Below, one piece after another: positions 9,897 through 19,479 of a stretch of 64,000 bases of DNA. The notes beneath the pieces are model-generated. The model was not told where the DNA came from. It was given only the letters and a program-made list of their open reading frames with translations, and did not search any database. Within the stretch, counting starts at the first letter, position 1. Each line of letters starts with the position of its first letter. Source of the stretch: Thermoanaerobaculia bacterium (GTDB lineage: Bacteria > Acidobacteriota > Thermoanaerobaculia > Multivoradales > Multivoraceae). The position numbers and the translations under genes were made by a program. The stretch is taken from NCBI GenBank assembly GCA_963666565.1, contig OY762911.1, positions 896,001-960,000 of the forward strand, read 5' to 3'.

Positions 9897-9912
9897 TGTT
9901 TCACGTGAAACA
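9897..9912. promoter_or_regulatory. parS centromere site 1
   Basis: Exact TGTTTCACGTGAAACA palindrome upstream of parAB. Confidence 0.95.
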
Positions 9913-9933
9913 CGGGCGCCTCGGGCCGTCAGG

Positions 9934-10581
9934 GTGTTTCACGTGAAACACCTTGACCTGTTCCGGCGTGCGTTCGGCGCGGATCTGCTGCCGGAGGCCG
10001 TCGACCGGCTCGCTCGTCATGCCGAACTCCTGGAGCGCTGGAACCGGGTGGTCCGGTTGGTCGGCGAGGCCGAGCCGGAGGACTGGATCCACCGCCACTA
10101 CGCGGAGTCGGTGGCGGCTCGCGTGTTCTGGCGGCCAGCGAAGACGGAATCCGGCCGCGAACCCGGGCTGCTGGACATCGGCAGCGGCGCCGGGTTTCCG
10201 GGCCTCGTGCTCGCGGCGCTGCATCCGGAACGGCCGGTGACTCTCGTGGAGGCGCGGGAGCGGAAGGCCGCGTTCCTGGCGGAGGCGGGGCGGGAGCTCG
10301 GTCTGCCCAGGGTCAGGATCGTCAGGGAGCGGTTGGACGACGGTCTCGCTGCACGGCTCGCGGGAACGGTAGAGTGCGCGACGATTCGTGGCGTCCGGCT
10401 CCCGGAGGACACGATGGCTCGCTTGGTCGAAGCGCTGCCGGATGAAGGTCGCCTCGTCGTGTGGGCCGGCCGGCGTCCCGCTACCGGCCTGCCGGATATC
10501 TGTGCCGTGGAACGAGAGATCAACCTGCCCGACAGCCAGCACCGGCGGATTCTCTGCCTCCGGCCGCTTCGCCGTGGCTGA
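9934..10581 (+). CDS. rsmG: 16S rRNA m7G527 methyltransferase
   Basis: LERWN...L, RHYAES, LDIGSGAGFPGL, TLVEARERKAAFL; upstream of parA. Confidence 0.93.
   Translation: MFHVKHLDLFRRAFGADLLPEAVDRLARHAELLERWNRVVRLVGEAEPEDWIHRHYAESVAARVFWRPAKTESGREPGLLDIGSGAGFPGLVLAALHPERPVTLVEARERKAAFLAEAGRELGLPRVRIVRERLDDGLAARLAGTVECATIRGVRLPEDTMARLVEALPDEGRLVVWAGRRPATGLPDICAVEREINLPDSQHRRILCLRPLRRG
9935..9950. promoter_or_regulatory. parS centromere site 2
   Basis: Exact TGTTTCACGTGAAACA overlapping the rsmG 5' end (encodes MFHVKH). Confidence 0.95.
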
Positions 10582-11335
10582 CGTTCTCGCGGTCGCCAAT
10601 CAGAAGGGCGGCGTCGGCAAGACGACGTCGGCCATCAATCTGGCGGCGGCGTTCGGCGCGATGGAACGGCGGGTCCTGCTCGTCGACAGCGACCCGCAGG
10701 GCAACGCGAGCCGCGGCGTCGGCTGGTCGGGCCGGCCGCCGACGCTGTTCGACGTGCTGTCCGGCGAGGCGAGCGCCGGGGACGTGATCGTGGCCAGCGG
10801 CTTCCCGTATCTCGACCTGCTGCCGGCCAACCGCGACCTGGTCGGAGCGGAGTTCGGGCTGCATGGCGACGCGGACTGGATCCGCCGGCTCACGTCGTCG
10901 CTCGCGGAGCTGGACGGCCGGTACGAACGGATCCTCGTCGATTGCCCTCCCGCGCTTGGCCGGCTGACCCTGAACGCCCTGTACGCCGCCGACGCGGTCG
11001 TCGTGCCCCTGCAGTGCGAGTACTTCGCGCTGGAGGGGATCAGCGAGTTGCTGGCGACCGTGCAGCGCGTACGCGAACTGGGTAGGCCCGACCTGGAGAT
11101 CGCCGGCGTCGTCTTGACCATGCACGACGAGCGCACGAACCTGTCGCGCGACGTGGCGGAGGAGGTGCGCAAGCACTTCGGATCGATCGTCTGCGATACG
11201 CTCGTTCCGCGCAACGTTCGCCTCGCGGAGGCGCCGAGTCACGGCATGCCGGTCCTGCAGTACGACATCAAGAGCAAGGGTTCGCAGGCGTACCTGGGTC
11301 TGGCGCACGAGCTGGCGGCTCGCCGTCCGCGATGA
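10574..11335 (+). CDS. parA: Chromosome partitioning ATPase ParA/Soj
   Basis: ANQKGGVGKTT, DSDPQGNAS, DCPP, QCEYFALEG, PRNVRLAEAPSHG. Confidence 0.97.
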   Translation: MADVLAVANQKGGVGKTTSAINLAAAFGAMERRVLLVDSDPQGNASRGVGWSGRPPTLFDVLSGEASAGDVIVASGFPYLDLLPANRDLVGAEFGLHGDADWIRRLTSSLAELDGRYERILVDCPPALGRLTLNALYAADAVVVPLQCEYFALEGISELLATVQRVRELGRPDLEIAGVVLTMHDERTNLSRDVAEEVRKHFGSIVCDTLVPRNVRLAEAPSHGMPVLQYDIKSKGSQAYLGLAHELAARRPR

Positions 11336-12207
11336 GCAGCCGTCGCCCGGGCCTGGGCCGTGGACTGGATGTCCTGTTCGCGGATAGCGGCGCGCTTCCG
11401 CCGGCTGCCGGGCCGTCCGTCCGGGAGCTGCCGGTCGACCAGCTCGAGCCGAACGTCCGCCAGCCGCGCGACCGGTTCGACGATGCCGAGCTGAGGGCAC
11501 TTGCCGGGTCCATCGCAAAGCGGGGGGTAATCCAGCCCCTGGTCGTCACCGCGGACCCCGGCCGCGGCGGCGCCTACCGCATCGTCGCGGGCGAGCGCCG
11601 CTGGCGCGCGGCCCGCCAGGCCGGACTGAAGACGGTGCCCGTCGTCGTCCGCGAGGTGGGAAGCGACGTGGAACTCCTGGAACTCGCACTGGTCGAGAAC
11701 CTGCAGCGCTCCGACCTGAACGCGCTGGAAGAGGCCGAGGCGTTTCGCGCCCTGAGCGAGGAATTCGGGCTGTCGCAGCAGGAGATCGCGGATCGTCTGG
11801 GCCGCAGCAGGGCCGCGGTCGCGAACTCGCTGCGCCTGCTCCGCCTGCCTCAGGCCGTCCAGGACCGGATCCGGTCGGGAGCGCTGACCGCGGGTCAGGC
11901 GCGGCCGCTGCTTTCGCTGGGAGACGAGCGGCGCCAGATTGAACTGGCGGCTCGCGCCGAACGGGAGTCCCTCAGCGCACGGGCACTGGAGCGGATTGCG
12001 TCCACCGGGCGGCGCGGGAAGGCGTCCGAGAAGGCCCCCGCCCGGGAAAACGACCCCGACACGGCGGCCGCGGTCGAGCGGTTGACGCGTAAACTCCAGA
12101 CCCGAGTCGAAATCGCCCGCCGCGCGCGCGGCGGCGGCGTCCTGAAGATCCACTTCCACTCCGAACCGGAGCTGATTCGCCTGTACGAACGGCTGTCGGC
12201 GGAGTGA
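11332..12207 (+). CDS. parB: Chromosome partitioning protein ParB/Spo0J
   Basis: GLGRGL, QPR, IVAGERRWRAA, ALVENLQRSDLN, HTH. Confidence 0.97.
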   Translation: MSSRRPGLGRGLDVLFADSGALPPAAGPSVRELPVDQLEPNVRQPRDRFDDAELRALAGSIAKRGVIQPLVVTADPGRGGAYRIVAGERRWRAARQAGLKTVPVVVREVGSDVELLELALVENLQRSDLNALEEAEAFRALSEEFGLSQQEIADRLGRSRAAVANSLRLLRLPQAVQDRIRSGALTAGQARPLLSLGDERRQIELAARAERESLSARALERIASTGRRGKASEKAPARENDPDTAAAVERLTRKLQTRVEIARRARGGGVLKIHFHSEPELIRLYERLSAE

Positions 12208-12230
12208 CTCAACGTCGGAGCGTGCCAGCC

Positions 12231-12665
12231 ATGTCGAAGAACTCAAGAACCGCCTCACACGGCGAACTGAACGGCTTCCTCGACGCCGGCTGCGAGGTCC
12301 AGGGGGACCTCCGGTTCGACAGCACCTTCCGGGTGCATGGCCGGTTCAAGGGCAACGTCCAATCGGACGGGCGGTTGATCGTCGGCGAAGGCGGCGTCGT
12401 CGAGGGAGTCGTCGCCGTGGGCGAGCTCAGTGTGTCGGGCCGTCTCGAGGGACGGGTCGACGCCGGCCGGCGGATCGAGATCGGCGCCAAGGGCCGGGTC
12501 GAGGGCGAGATCAACTCGCCGATCCTCGTCATCGAGAGCGGCGCCTTCTTCGAGGGCCAGTGCACGATGAACTCGAAGCCGGCCGCGCCCGTCGCTGCCG
12601 AGAAGCTCGCGGCCGTGGACCCGGCGTCCGGAGAAACGGGAACGGAACCGCCCGTCGCCCACTAG
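12231..12665 (+). CDS. Bactofilin (polymer-forming cytoskeletal protein)
   Basis: Beta-helix repeats G.L.F...R.HGRFKG.V...G.L.VGEGG.VEG, IESGAFFEGQC. Confidence 0.92.
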   Translation: MSKNSRTASHGELNGFLDAGCEVQGDLRFDSTFRVHGRFKGNVQSDGRLIVGEGGVVEGVVAVGELSVSGRLEGRVDAGRRIEIGAKGRVEGEINSPILVIESGAFFEGQCTMNSKPAAPVAAEKLAAVDPASGETGTEPPVAH

Positions 12666-12681
12666 GGCCGGCCTCGCTGTC

Positions 12682-12719
12682 GGGTGCGCGGGTCCGACCC
12701 GCCGCCGCCGGAGGCGGCC
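12682..12719 (+). repeat. REP-like family A copy (partial)
   Basis: gggtgcgcgggtccgacccgccgccgccggaggcggc between convergent genes. Confidence 0.75.
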
Positions 12720-12747
12720 AGAAGGTGTCTGCAGGTCCGCGCAGTCG

Positions 12748-14445
12748 CTACGGCTGGCCCGTTGCGCCAGTTTCATATGATGGCACGAAGGCGATCGGGC
12801 GGCGGGCCAGAGTGGCCGGCTCGAAGGCCTCCGTAACGACGCGTCCGTCGATGTCCCTGGCAACCGGCAGGTTGAGGGCGTACAGCAGCGTCGGCGCCAC
12901 GTCCTGAATCCCCAGTCCGGTCAGCAGGGAGTCCTCCCGGATGCCCTGGCCGCGAAGCAGGAGCAGGCCGTCGGGGGTCTGGAAGCCGCCGCCGGGGATG
13001 GCGGCCGCTTCTCGCCACTGGCCCAGCAGCCGCCGGACCGGTCCGGAGCGCCGAAATCCGTAGGCGCTGACCACGGCCAGCATGCGCGGCGGCGGCAGCC
13101 GTTCCCACGCCTCGGCGACCAGGCCGTCCAGGAAGGCGTAGTAGGCGGACAGCCACCGCGCCCGGTCGAGACGGACCTGGGCCTGGTCGCCATCGAACTG
13201 AACCGCTTCGTACGAGTCGTAGTAGAGCCGGGAGACGGCGGCCAGGCCGTCCATCAGCGCGAAGACCACCAGCCGCGCCCCCTCCTCGGAGCGGGAGTCG
13301 AGCGTCGCCAGCAACTGGCTCTGGGTCTCGAGATCGCGGAGCGCCGCCGTGTAGAGCGCCGAGGGCGGGCCGTCGCCGAGCCGGGCCAGGCGTTCGTCCT
13401 CCATCGCCGAGCCGAGAGCGGCGGCGCGCGCTCCCGAGGCGTCCGTGAGGCCGACGCCGAAGTCGAGAGCGACCGAGTCGACGCCGAAACCGAGGGCGAT
13501 CCGCCAGAGCGGGGGCGCGGACTTCTGGATCGCCGGCCCGCCCTCGGCGACGCCGCGGTCGCCCCAGATGCCGAAGCCGATCGCGCCTGGCGTCAGGTGG
13601 AAGCGCTCGCCGGGCAGGGACGGGGCGCCGCGCGTCCGCTCGGCCACCACGCCGTGCCGGAAGGGGTACTTTCCGGTAACCACGGTGGTCCACAGGGACA
13701 GCCGGACCGCCGGTTCGATCGACTCCGCCCGACCGTAGCCGCCCGCGCGCATGGTCTCCGAGAAGAAGGGCAGGAGGCCCTGCTCCGAGAGCGGCAGGAT
13801 GGCGTCGAGCGACGCGCCGTCGAGGCCGACGACCAGCAGGTTGGGCGGCGGCCCGGACTCGATGGCGGCGGCGCGCGGCGTGGTGGGCGCCGGCGGGTCG
13901 AAGGCTTCGCGCCGCTCGAAGACGGAGTAGACGGTCAGCACCGCCAGGCCGGCGATGCCGAAGCGGGAGCGGGCGCCGTAGGGGCGCTTTCGCCGGTACG
14001 CATGAGCGAAGGCGGTGTAGGCCGTGATCAGCGAAGCCAGGGCCAGCCAGAGGCCGGCCTTGATCAGGCGGTCGTGGATGCCCGGCGGCAGAAAGTGCTC
14101 GTAGCGGGCCGCGTGGGCGAGATCGAGGACCGACGCGGCGCCGAACACCGCGGCCAGCGACCACGGCAGGAGCCGCAGCGAACGCTCGGGCCGGCGCCAG
14201 GACACGGCGAGGAGAACGACGCAGGTGGCGGCGGCGCCCAGCGCGCCGTAGTAGGCGCCGGTGCGGATGACCGGCCCCGGATGGAACGGCAGGTGGGGGT
14301 TGAGAAAGAACAGCAGCCCGGTCAGGTGGATCCCGGCGAGGAGGCCGGGCGCCGCGCAGGCGGCGCCGGCGAGCAGGCGTTCCCGATTCACTGGCAGGGA
14401 CTCTAGCGCCCCGAAACCCCTCGCGGACTCGGTGTTTCGGCCCAT
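12748..14445 (-). CDS. Membrane-anchored alkaline phosphatase/phosphodiesterase superfamily protein
   Basis: N-terminal TM helices, LLVVGLDGAS, WTTVVTGK.P.RHGV, DVAPTLLY...P...DIDGRV; start uncertain. Confidence 0.75.
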   Translation of the reverse strand: MGRNTESARGFGALESLPVNRERLLAGAACAAPGLLAGIHLTGLLFFLNPHLPFHPGPVIRTGAYYGALGAAATCVVLLAVSWRRPERSLRLLPWSLAAVFGAASVLDLAHAARYEHFLPPGIHDRLIKAGLWLALASLITAYTAFAHAYRRKRPYGARSRFGIAGLAVLTVYSVFERREAFDPPAPTTPRAAAIESGPPPNLLVVGLDGASLDAILPLSEQGLLPFFSETMRAGGYGRAESIEPAVRLSLWTTVVTGKYPFRHGVVAERTRGAPSLPGERFHLTPGAIGFGIWGDRGVAEGGPAIQKSAPPLWRIALGFGVDSVALDFGVGLTDASGARAAALGSAMEDERLARLGDGPPSALYTAALRDLETQSQLLATLDSRSEEGARLVVFALMDGLAAVSRLYYDSYEAVQFDGDQAQVRLDRARWLSAYYAFLDGLVAEAWERLPPPRMLAVVSAYGFRRSGPVRRLLGQWREAAAIPGGGFQTPDGLLLLRGQGIREDSLLTGLGIQDVAPTLLYALNLPVARDIDGRVVTEAFEPATLARRPIAFVPSYETGATGQP

Positions 14446-14626
14446 CCCGTCCGCACGGCGGCGCCTGCGCCGCAGACTTGCTGCGCTGCGTTCTGCGGCG
14501 CAAGCTCCTGGCCGCGAGCTTCGCTTCGTGCCCCGCCGCGGCCGGGATCGGGTCGTCGCGCACTTCGCGGAGACAGGCGGGCCCGCCCGCGCCAGCCTGG
14601 CCGGGCGGTGCTACCCTCGCCGCGCC

Positions 14627-15442
14627 ATGGCGGCGGTGGACTCGAGAGGAGAGGTGCTCGATGTCCAGGCGTTGCCGCTGCCGTACTTCCTGCTCCGGGT
14701 CCGGGTGGCGGGCATGGCGGCCGCGGCGCCGGGCCAGTTCGTGATGGTGGCGGGCGCCGACCGGCCCGAGCCGTACCTCCGGCGGGCGTTCTCGGTGTAC
14801 GACCAGGAAGCGGCCGCCGACGGTTCCCTGGTCATCTCCCTGCTCGGGAAGGTGATCGGCCGCGGCACGGCCGCGCTCGCCGCCTGCGTCCCCGGCGAGC
14901 GGATCCCGGTCCTCGGCCCCCTGGGGACCGGGTTTCACAGTGTGGAGAGAGGTGGCCCCGGCATCGGGCGGGCGGCGCTGGTCGCGGGCGGCATCGGCTC
15001 GGCCGGCCTGGGTCTGCTCGCCCAGGCCCTGGAACGGGCCGGCCGGCCCTTCGACTTCTTCTATGGCGGCCGCAGCGCGGAGGACCTGGTCGAGGCGGAG
15101 ACTTTCCGGCGTCTCAGCGAGAGCGCGGCCGGCCGGCTGATCGCGACGACGGAAGACGGCAGCGCCGGCGAGCGCGGCCTGATCACCGCCCCGCTGGAGG
15201 CGGCGCTAGGCAACCGGGACGCCGGCTACACGACGGTCTGCACCTGCGGCCCGCACGGCCTGATGGCGGCGGTCGCGCGGATCGCGGCCGCCGGCGGAGT
15301 CGGCGGCGAGGCGGCGACCGAGACGCCGATGGGGTGCGGCTACGGCGCCTGCCTCGGCTGCGCGGTGACGCTGAGCGACGGCGGCTACGCGCTCTGCTGC
15401 CGCCAGGGGCCGGTCTTCGGCCTGGACGAGGTCGCGTGGTGA
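14627..15442 (+). CDS. pyrK: Dihydroorotate dehydrogenase electron transfer subunit
   Basis: PGQFVM, LRRAFSV, GPLG.GF, AGGIG, CGP..LM, MGCGYGACLGC, C..GPVF. Confidence 0.93.
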   Translation: MAAVDSRGEVLDVQALPLPYFLLRVRVAGMAAAAPGQFVMVAGADRPEPYLRRAFSVYDQEAAADGSLVISLLGKVIGRGTAALAACVPGERIPVLGPLGTGFHSVERGGPGIGRAALVAGGIGSAGLGLLAQALERAGRPFDFFYGGRSAEDLVEAETFRRLSESAAGRLIATTEDGSAGERGLITAPLEAALGNRDAGYTTVCTCGPHGLMAAVARIAAAGGVGGEAATETPMGCGYGACLGCAVTLSDGGYALCCRQGPVFGLDEVAW

Positions 15443-16404
15443 GCGGCGTCGCCGCCGCCGACGTGCCCGGCGCGGCCGTCGCCGCCGCGCCGGACCTCTC
15501 GACCCGGGTCGGACCTCTGCGCCTCCGGAACCCGATCCTCACCGCGAGCGGCACGTTCGGCTACGGCCTGGAGTTCGCCGAGCGGGCCGATCTGCGCCGC
15601 CTGGGCGGCCTGGTCACGAAGGGTCTGTCGCTCGAGCCGCTGGCGGGCAACCCGCCGGTGCGGATCGCCGAGACCCGCGGCGGCATGCTGAACTCGATCG
15701 GGCTGCAGAACATCGGCGTCGACCGCTTCCTGGGCGACGTGCTGCCGGGACTGAAGGACCTGCCGCCGAAGGTGATCGTCAACCTCTTCGGCTACGCCCG
15801 CGACGACTACGTCCGTCTGGCGGAGCGCGTCGACCCTCACGAGGGCGTCGCCGCGGTCGAGCTGAACGTCTCCTGCCCGAACGTCAGCAAGGGCGGTATC
15901 GAGTTCGGCCACGACCCGGAGATCCTCTCCGGTCTGGTGAGGCGCGTGCGCTCGGCGACGGGCAAGCCGATCGTCGTCAAGCTCTCGCCCAACGTGACCT
16001 CGCCGCAGGCGCTCGGCGAGGCCGCGAAGGCGGGCGGCGCCGACGTTCTGTCGGCCGTCAACACCTTCGTCGGCATGGCGATCGACACGGCGACCAGGCG
16101 GCCCGTCCTGTCCACCGTTCGCGGCGGCCTGTCGGGGCCTGCGATCAAGCCGCTGGCGCTGCGCATCGTCTTCGACGTGGCGCGCGCGGTCGACCTGCCG
16201 GTCATCGGGATCGGCGGCATCGAGACGGTCGACGACGTGCTGGAGTTCCTGCTGGCGGGCGCTTCGGCGGTGCAGGTCGGCACGGCGCTGTTCCGCGACC
16301 CGCGCACGGCGGAACGGCTGGTCGACGGCCTGCGCGAGCGGATGGAGGCCGAGAGCATCCCCTCGATCGGTTCCCTGATCGGCGCGGCGGCGAGGCCGGA
16401 ATGA
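15439..16404 (+). CDS. pyrD: Dihydroorotate dehydrogenase (class 1B) catalytic subunit
   Basis: ASGTFGYG, GNPPVRIAET, NSIGLQN, ELNVSCPN, KLSPNV, GGLSGPAIKP. Confidence 0.96.
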   Translation: MSGVAAADVPGAAVAAAPDLSTRVGPLRLRNPILTASGTFGYGLEFAERADLRRLGGLVTKGLSLEPLAGNPPVRIAETRGGMLNSIGLQNIGVDRFLGDVLPGLKDLPPKVIVNLFGYARDDYVRLAERVDPHEGVAAVELNVSCPNVSKGGIEFGHDPEILSGLVRRVRSATGKPIVVKLSPNVTSPQALGEAAKAGGADVLSAVNTFVGMAIDTATRRPVLSTVRGGLSGPAIKPLALRIVFDVARAVDLPVIGIGGIETVDDVLEFLLAGASAVQVGTALFRDPRTAERLVDGLRERMEAESIPSIGSLIGAAARPE

Positions 16405-16450
16405 CCGGAACCGGGCTCGAATCCCCGATCGGCGCGGCAAGGAGGCGGGA

Positions 16451-17173
16451 ATGAACGGAACGAGACTGGAGCGGATCGCGGTCGCTCTCGACACGGACGA
16501 TCGGGACACGTACAGCCGCTGGTGCCGGCTGTTCGGGCCGCGCGTCGGCGTACTGAAGGTGGGGCCGCGCGTCGTCCTGCGCTGGGGGCGCGACGCCGTG
16601 CGAGAGGCGGCCGCGACCGGCGCCGAGGTCTTCCTCGACATGAAGTTCCACGACATCCCCAGCACCGTGGCCGGCGCGGTGGGCGCCGCGAAGGAACTCG
16701 GCGTGAACTACCTGACGGTGCATGCCGGCGGCGGCAGGCGGATGCTGGAGGCGGCGGCGGAAGAGGCCGGCGACGAGGTCAAGGTCCTGGGGATCACGGT
16801 GCTGACTCACCTCGGCGCCGAGGATCTCCGCGACCTCGACCTTCCCGGCGCCGCGGGAAACCGCGTGCTGTCCTGGGCCGGGTCGGCCCAGGCCGCGGGT
16901 TGCGCCGGCGTCGTGTGCTCGCCGCTCGAGCTGGCGGCTCTGCGCGCGGAGCTCGGACCCCGGCTGCTCCTGGTGAGCCCCGGCATCCGCTTCGAGACCG
17001 GCGGCGGCTCGCCGAAGGGAGGCGCGGCCGCCGGCGCCGACGATCAGCGCCGGATCGCCTCGCCGTCGGCGGCGCTGCGCGCGGGCGCGGACCTGCTGGT
17101 GATCGGCCGCCCGCTGACGCAGGCGCCCGACCCGGAAGCCGCTCTCGCGGCCCTGGCCGAAGCCTGCGAGTAG
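16451..17173 (+). CDS. pyrF: Orotidine-5'-phosphate decarboxylase
   Basis: VALD, FLDMKFHDIPSTV, TVH..GG, PGIR, DDQRR, VIGRP. Confidence 0.96.
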   Translation: MNGTRLERIAVALDTDDRDTYSRWCRLFGPRVGVLKVGPRVVLRWGRDAVREAAATGAEVFLDMKFHDIPSTVAGAVGAAKELGVNYLTVHAGGGRRMLEAAAEEAGDEVKVLGITVLTHLGAEDLRDLDLPGAAGNRVLSWAGSAQAAGCAGVVCSPLELAALRAELGPRLLLVSPGIRFETGGGSPKGGAAAGADDQRRIASPSAALRAGADLLVIGRPLTQAPDPEAALAALAEACE

Positions 17174-17263
17174 CGCCGCCGAAACCGGTGCGCCGGCTTC
17201 CGGGCGTGCCGCCCCGCTGACTGGTGCTGGGCGACCGGCGGCGCGCCGGTGCGGGTGCCGCGA

Positions 17264-17896
17264 TCAGCGGGGAACGTGCAGCGTGCGCCGCCAGCGGACG
17301 CCCCAGCCGCCTTCGCCGGTTCGCGACCAGTAGACGAGCAGCGGGCGGCCGCGCACCAGGTCCGTTCCCACCGGACCGAAGAACCGCGAGTCGCGCGAGA
17401 TGTCCCGGTTGTCTCCCAGGCAGAAGAGACCCCCCTCGGGCACTCGCTCCGGGCCGAAGGAATCCCGGCGCCACACCGTCTCGTGCAGGAAGTCGGACCG
17501 CGGGTAGACCAGTTCGTCCGAGTGGACGACGTACGCCGACTCGTCGACCGGCGCCCCGTCAACCCGGAGCCTCTTGGCGTCGATCTCCACTTCGTCGCCG
17601 GCCGTCGCCACGCAGCGCTTCAGCATCTCCTGGGTCGGTTCCTCGATGCCCCGGAACGTGACCAGGTCGCCCCGCCGGACCTCGCGCTGAGGGACCAGGG
17701 GACCCCAGCGGCCCGCGCCGGCGCCGAAGATGAACTTGTTGATCAGCAGGTGGTCGCCGACCAGGAGCGCCGGCGCCATCGACGCGGACGGGATGCGGTA
17801 GGCCTGCACCAGGAACGCCCTGGTGAAGAGCGCGAACACGGCGGCCACGAGAAGCGCCCCCGCGGCGTCGCTCAGCGCCTTGCGGCCCCAGGACAC
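17264..17896 (-). CDS. lepB: Signal peptidase I (second copy)
   Basis: QAYRIPSASMAPALLVGDHLLINK, MLKRCV, LGDNRDISRDSRFFG; GTG start inferred. Confidence 0.92.
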   Translation of the reverse strand: MSWGRKALSDAAGALLVAAVFALFTRAFLVQAYRIPSASMAPALLVGDHLLINKFIFGAGAGRWGPLVPQREVRRGDLVTFRGIEEPTQEMLKRCVATAGDEVEIDAKRLRVDGAPVDESAYVVHSDELVYPRSDFLHETVWRRDSFGPERVPEGGLFCLGDNRDISRDSRFFGPVGTDLVRGRPLLVYWSRTGEGGWGVRWRRTLHVPR

Positions 17897-17916
17897 GTTC
17901 GGCGGTCCCCGGCGTC

Positions 17917-18654
17917 CTACTGGATGAGCTTGAACGTCCGCTTCCAGCGGGTCTTGGTGACGAATCCGAGGGCCGTGTTGGCGACCTGCCGCAGACGGTG
18001 GCCGAACCCGTGCCAGGTGCCGTCGGACGTCTCGCCGCCGTACGACCAGTAGACCATCACCGCGCGCCCCTTGATGAGCTTCATCGGCACCGGCCCCCAC
18101 GCCCTCGAATCGAACGACTCGTCGCGGTTGTCGCCCATGCAGAAGACGTGGTCGGGGGGAACGATCATGGGACCCCAATTGTCGCGGCGCGTGCTGTACG
18201 GGCCGTAGGGACCGGCCGCGGGATACACCCTGGCGTCGCGGTGGATCGCGTAGGCGTCGTCGTCGACCGGCTGGCCGTTCAGGAAGAGCTGCTTGTTGAC
18301 CATCTTCAGCTCGTCGCCCGCCAGGCCGATGCAGCGCTTGACCAGGTCCAGCTTCGGCGTTTCGGGCGACCGGAAGATGACGATGTCGCCGCGTTCGACT
18401 TCCCGGCCGGGAAGGAGCTTCCGCTCGAGCTCCGAGGGGCGGGGTCCGTAGATGTAGCGGTTGACGAACAGGTGATCGCCGATGAGCAGCGTGTTCTCCA
18501 TCGAACCGCTGGGGATGTAGAAGGTCTTCAGCACGAAGTTGTTCGTGAAGCCCAGGAACACCGCGGCCACGATCAGCGCCTCCGCGTACTCGCGGATCAC
18601 CGAGCCGCGGCGCCCCGCGGGGCGCTCCGGCGCCTTCCTGCCGTCGCTCGCCAT
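17917..18654 (-). CDS. lepB: Signal peptidase I
   Basis: IPSGSMENTLLIGDHLFVN, LVKRCIG, MGDNRDESFDSRAWG. Confidence 0.96.
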   Translation of the reverse strand: MASDGRKAPERPAGRRGSVIREYAEALIVAAVFLGFTNNFVLKTFYIPSGSMENTLLIGDHLFVNRYIYGPRPSELERKLLPGREVERGDIVIFRSPETPKLDLVKRCIGLAGDELKMVNKQLFLNGQPVDDDAYAIHRDARVYPAAGPYGPYSTRRDNWGPMIVPPDHVFCMGDNRDESFDSRAWGPVPMKLIKGRAVMVYWSYGGETSDGTWHGFGHRLRQVANTALGFVTKTRWKRTFKLIQ

Positions 18655-18973
18655 CGGCCGGCTAATCTACAACGAGCGGCCGGTCGACGGGAGCGAACGG
18701 CGCCTCGCGTCGCGTCAGAGAACTTCGACGCCCGTCAAGCTGCCTTGATTCCCTCGCCCGCGCGCCGCAGATCGCGCGGAGTCAGCGAGATGCGTGCCGC
18801 CGGAGAAGGGAGCGGGTCAAGCTGCCTTGACCGGACGGCCCCGTCGCCGATGCGGGGCGTCTTCGCAACTCTCCTGTTCTCTGCAACTTGCGACGATGCG
18901 CAGAGTTGGCCGGAGACTTGAAAGAGGGAGCGGTTCCTCAGAATCCGGAGCAAGGAGGTGCCCAAGACACGAC

Positions 18974-18988
18974 TGGCACTCACATTGT
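18974..18988 (+). promoter_or_regulatory. Possible sigma54 -24/-12 promoter of comEA
   Basis: TGGCAC-TCACA-TTGT; spacing is correct but -12 reads GT instead of GC. Confidence 0.3.
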
Positions 18989-19104
18989 CGCAAGGGAGCA
19001 AGGGGGACGCCTCGGCGTCCCCCCTGACTTCCCTGCCGACTCGAACCTCGATCCGGGTCCTGCGGTCGCAGAAACCAACAACACCCGAATGGGGACGAAC
19101 GGAG

Positions 19105-19479
19105 ATGGACATGACAAGACGAAAGAGGACCGCCCTTCTGGCGGTGACCGTGCTCAGCCTGCTGGCGGCGCTGCCGGCGGGAGCGTCGGACGGGGTGGTC
19201 AACATCAACACGGCCGAGGCTTCGGCTCTCGCCCTGCTGCCCGGCGTCGGACCGTCGACGGCGGGACGGATCGTGGAGTTCCGTACCGAGAACGGCAAGT
19301 TCGAGTCGGCGACCGATCTGATGCTCGTGCGCGGCATCGGCGAGCGCTCGTTCGAGCGAATGGCGCCCTACGTGACGATCGAGGGCGAGACGACGCTGAC
19401 CGAGAAGGTGCGGATCCCGCGGGCGCAGCCCGCCCCGGACGGCGAATCGGGGCCGGATGAACCCTCCGACGGCCCCTGA
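19105..19479 (+). CDS. comEA: ComEA-family HhH DNA-binding protein, secreted
   Basis: Signal peptide, VNINTA...L..LPGVGP..A.RIVEFR..NG.F....DL..VRGIG. Confidence 0.88.
   Translation: MDMTRRKRTALLAVTVLSLLAALPAGASDGVVNINTAEASALALLPGVGPSTAGRIVEFRTENGKFESATDLMLVRGIGERSFERMAPYVTIEGETTLTEKVRIPRAQPAPDGESGPDEPSDGP

Noticed and set aside
9720-9900. oriC
   Set aside because: Only an imperfect cttccaca; no DnaA-box cluster, AT-rich unwinding region or dnaA
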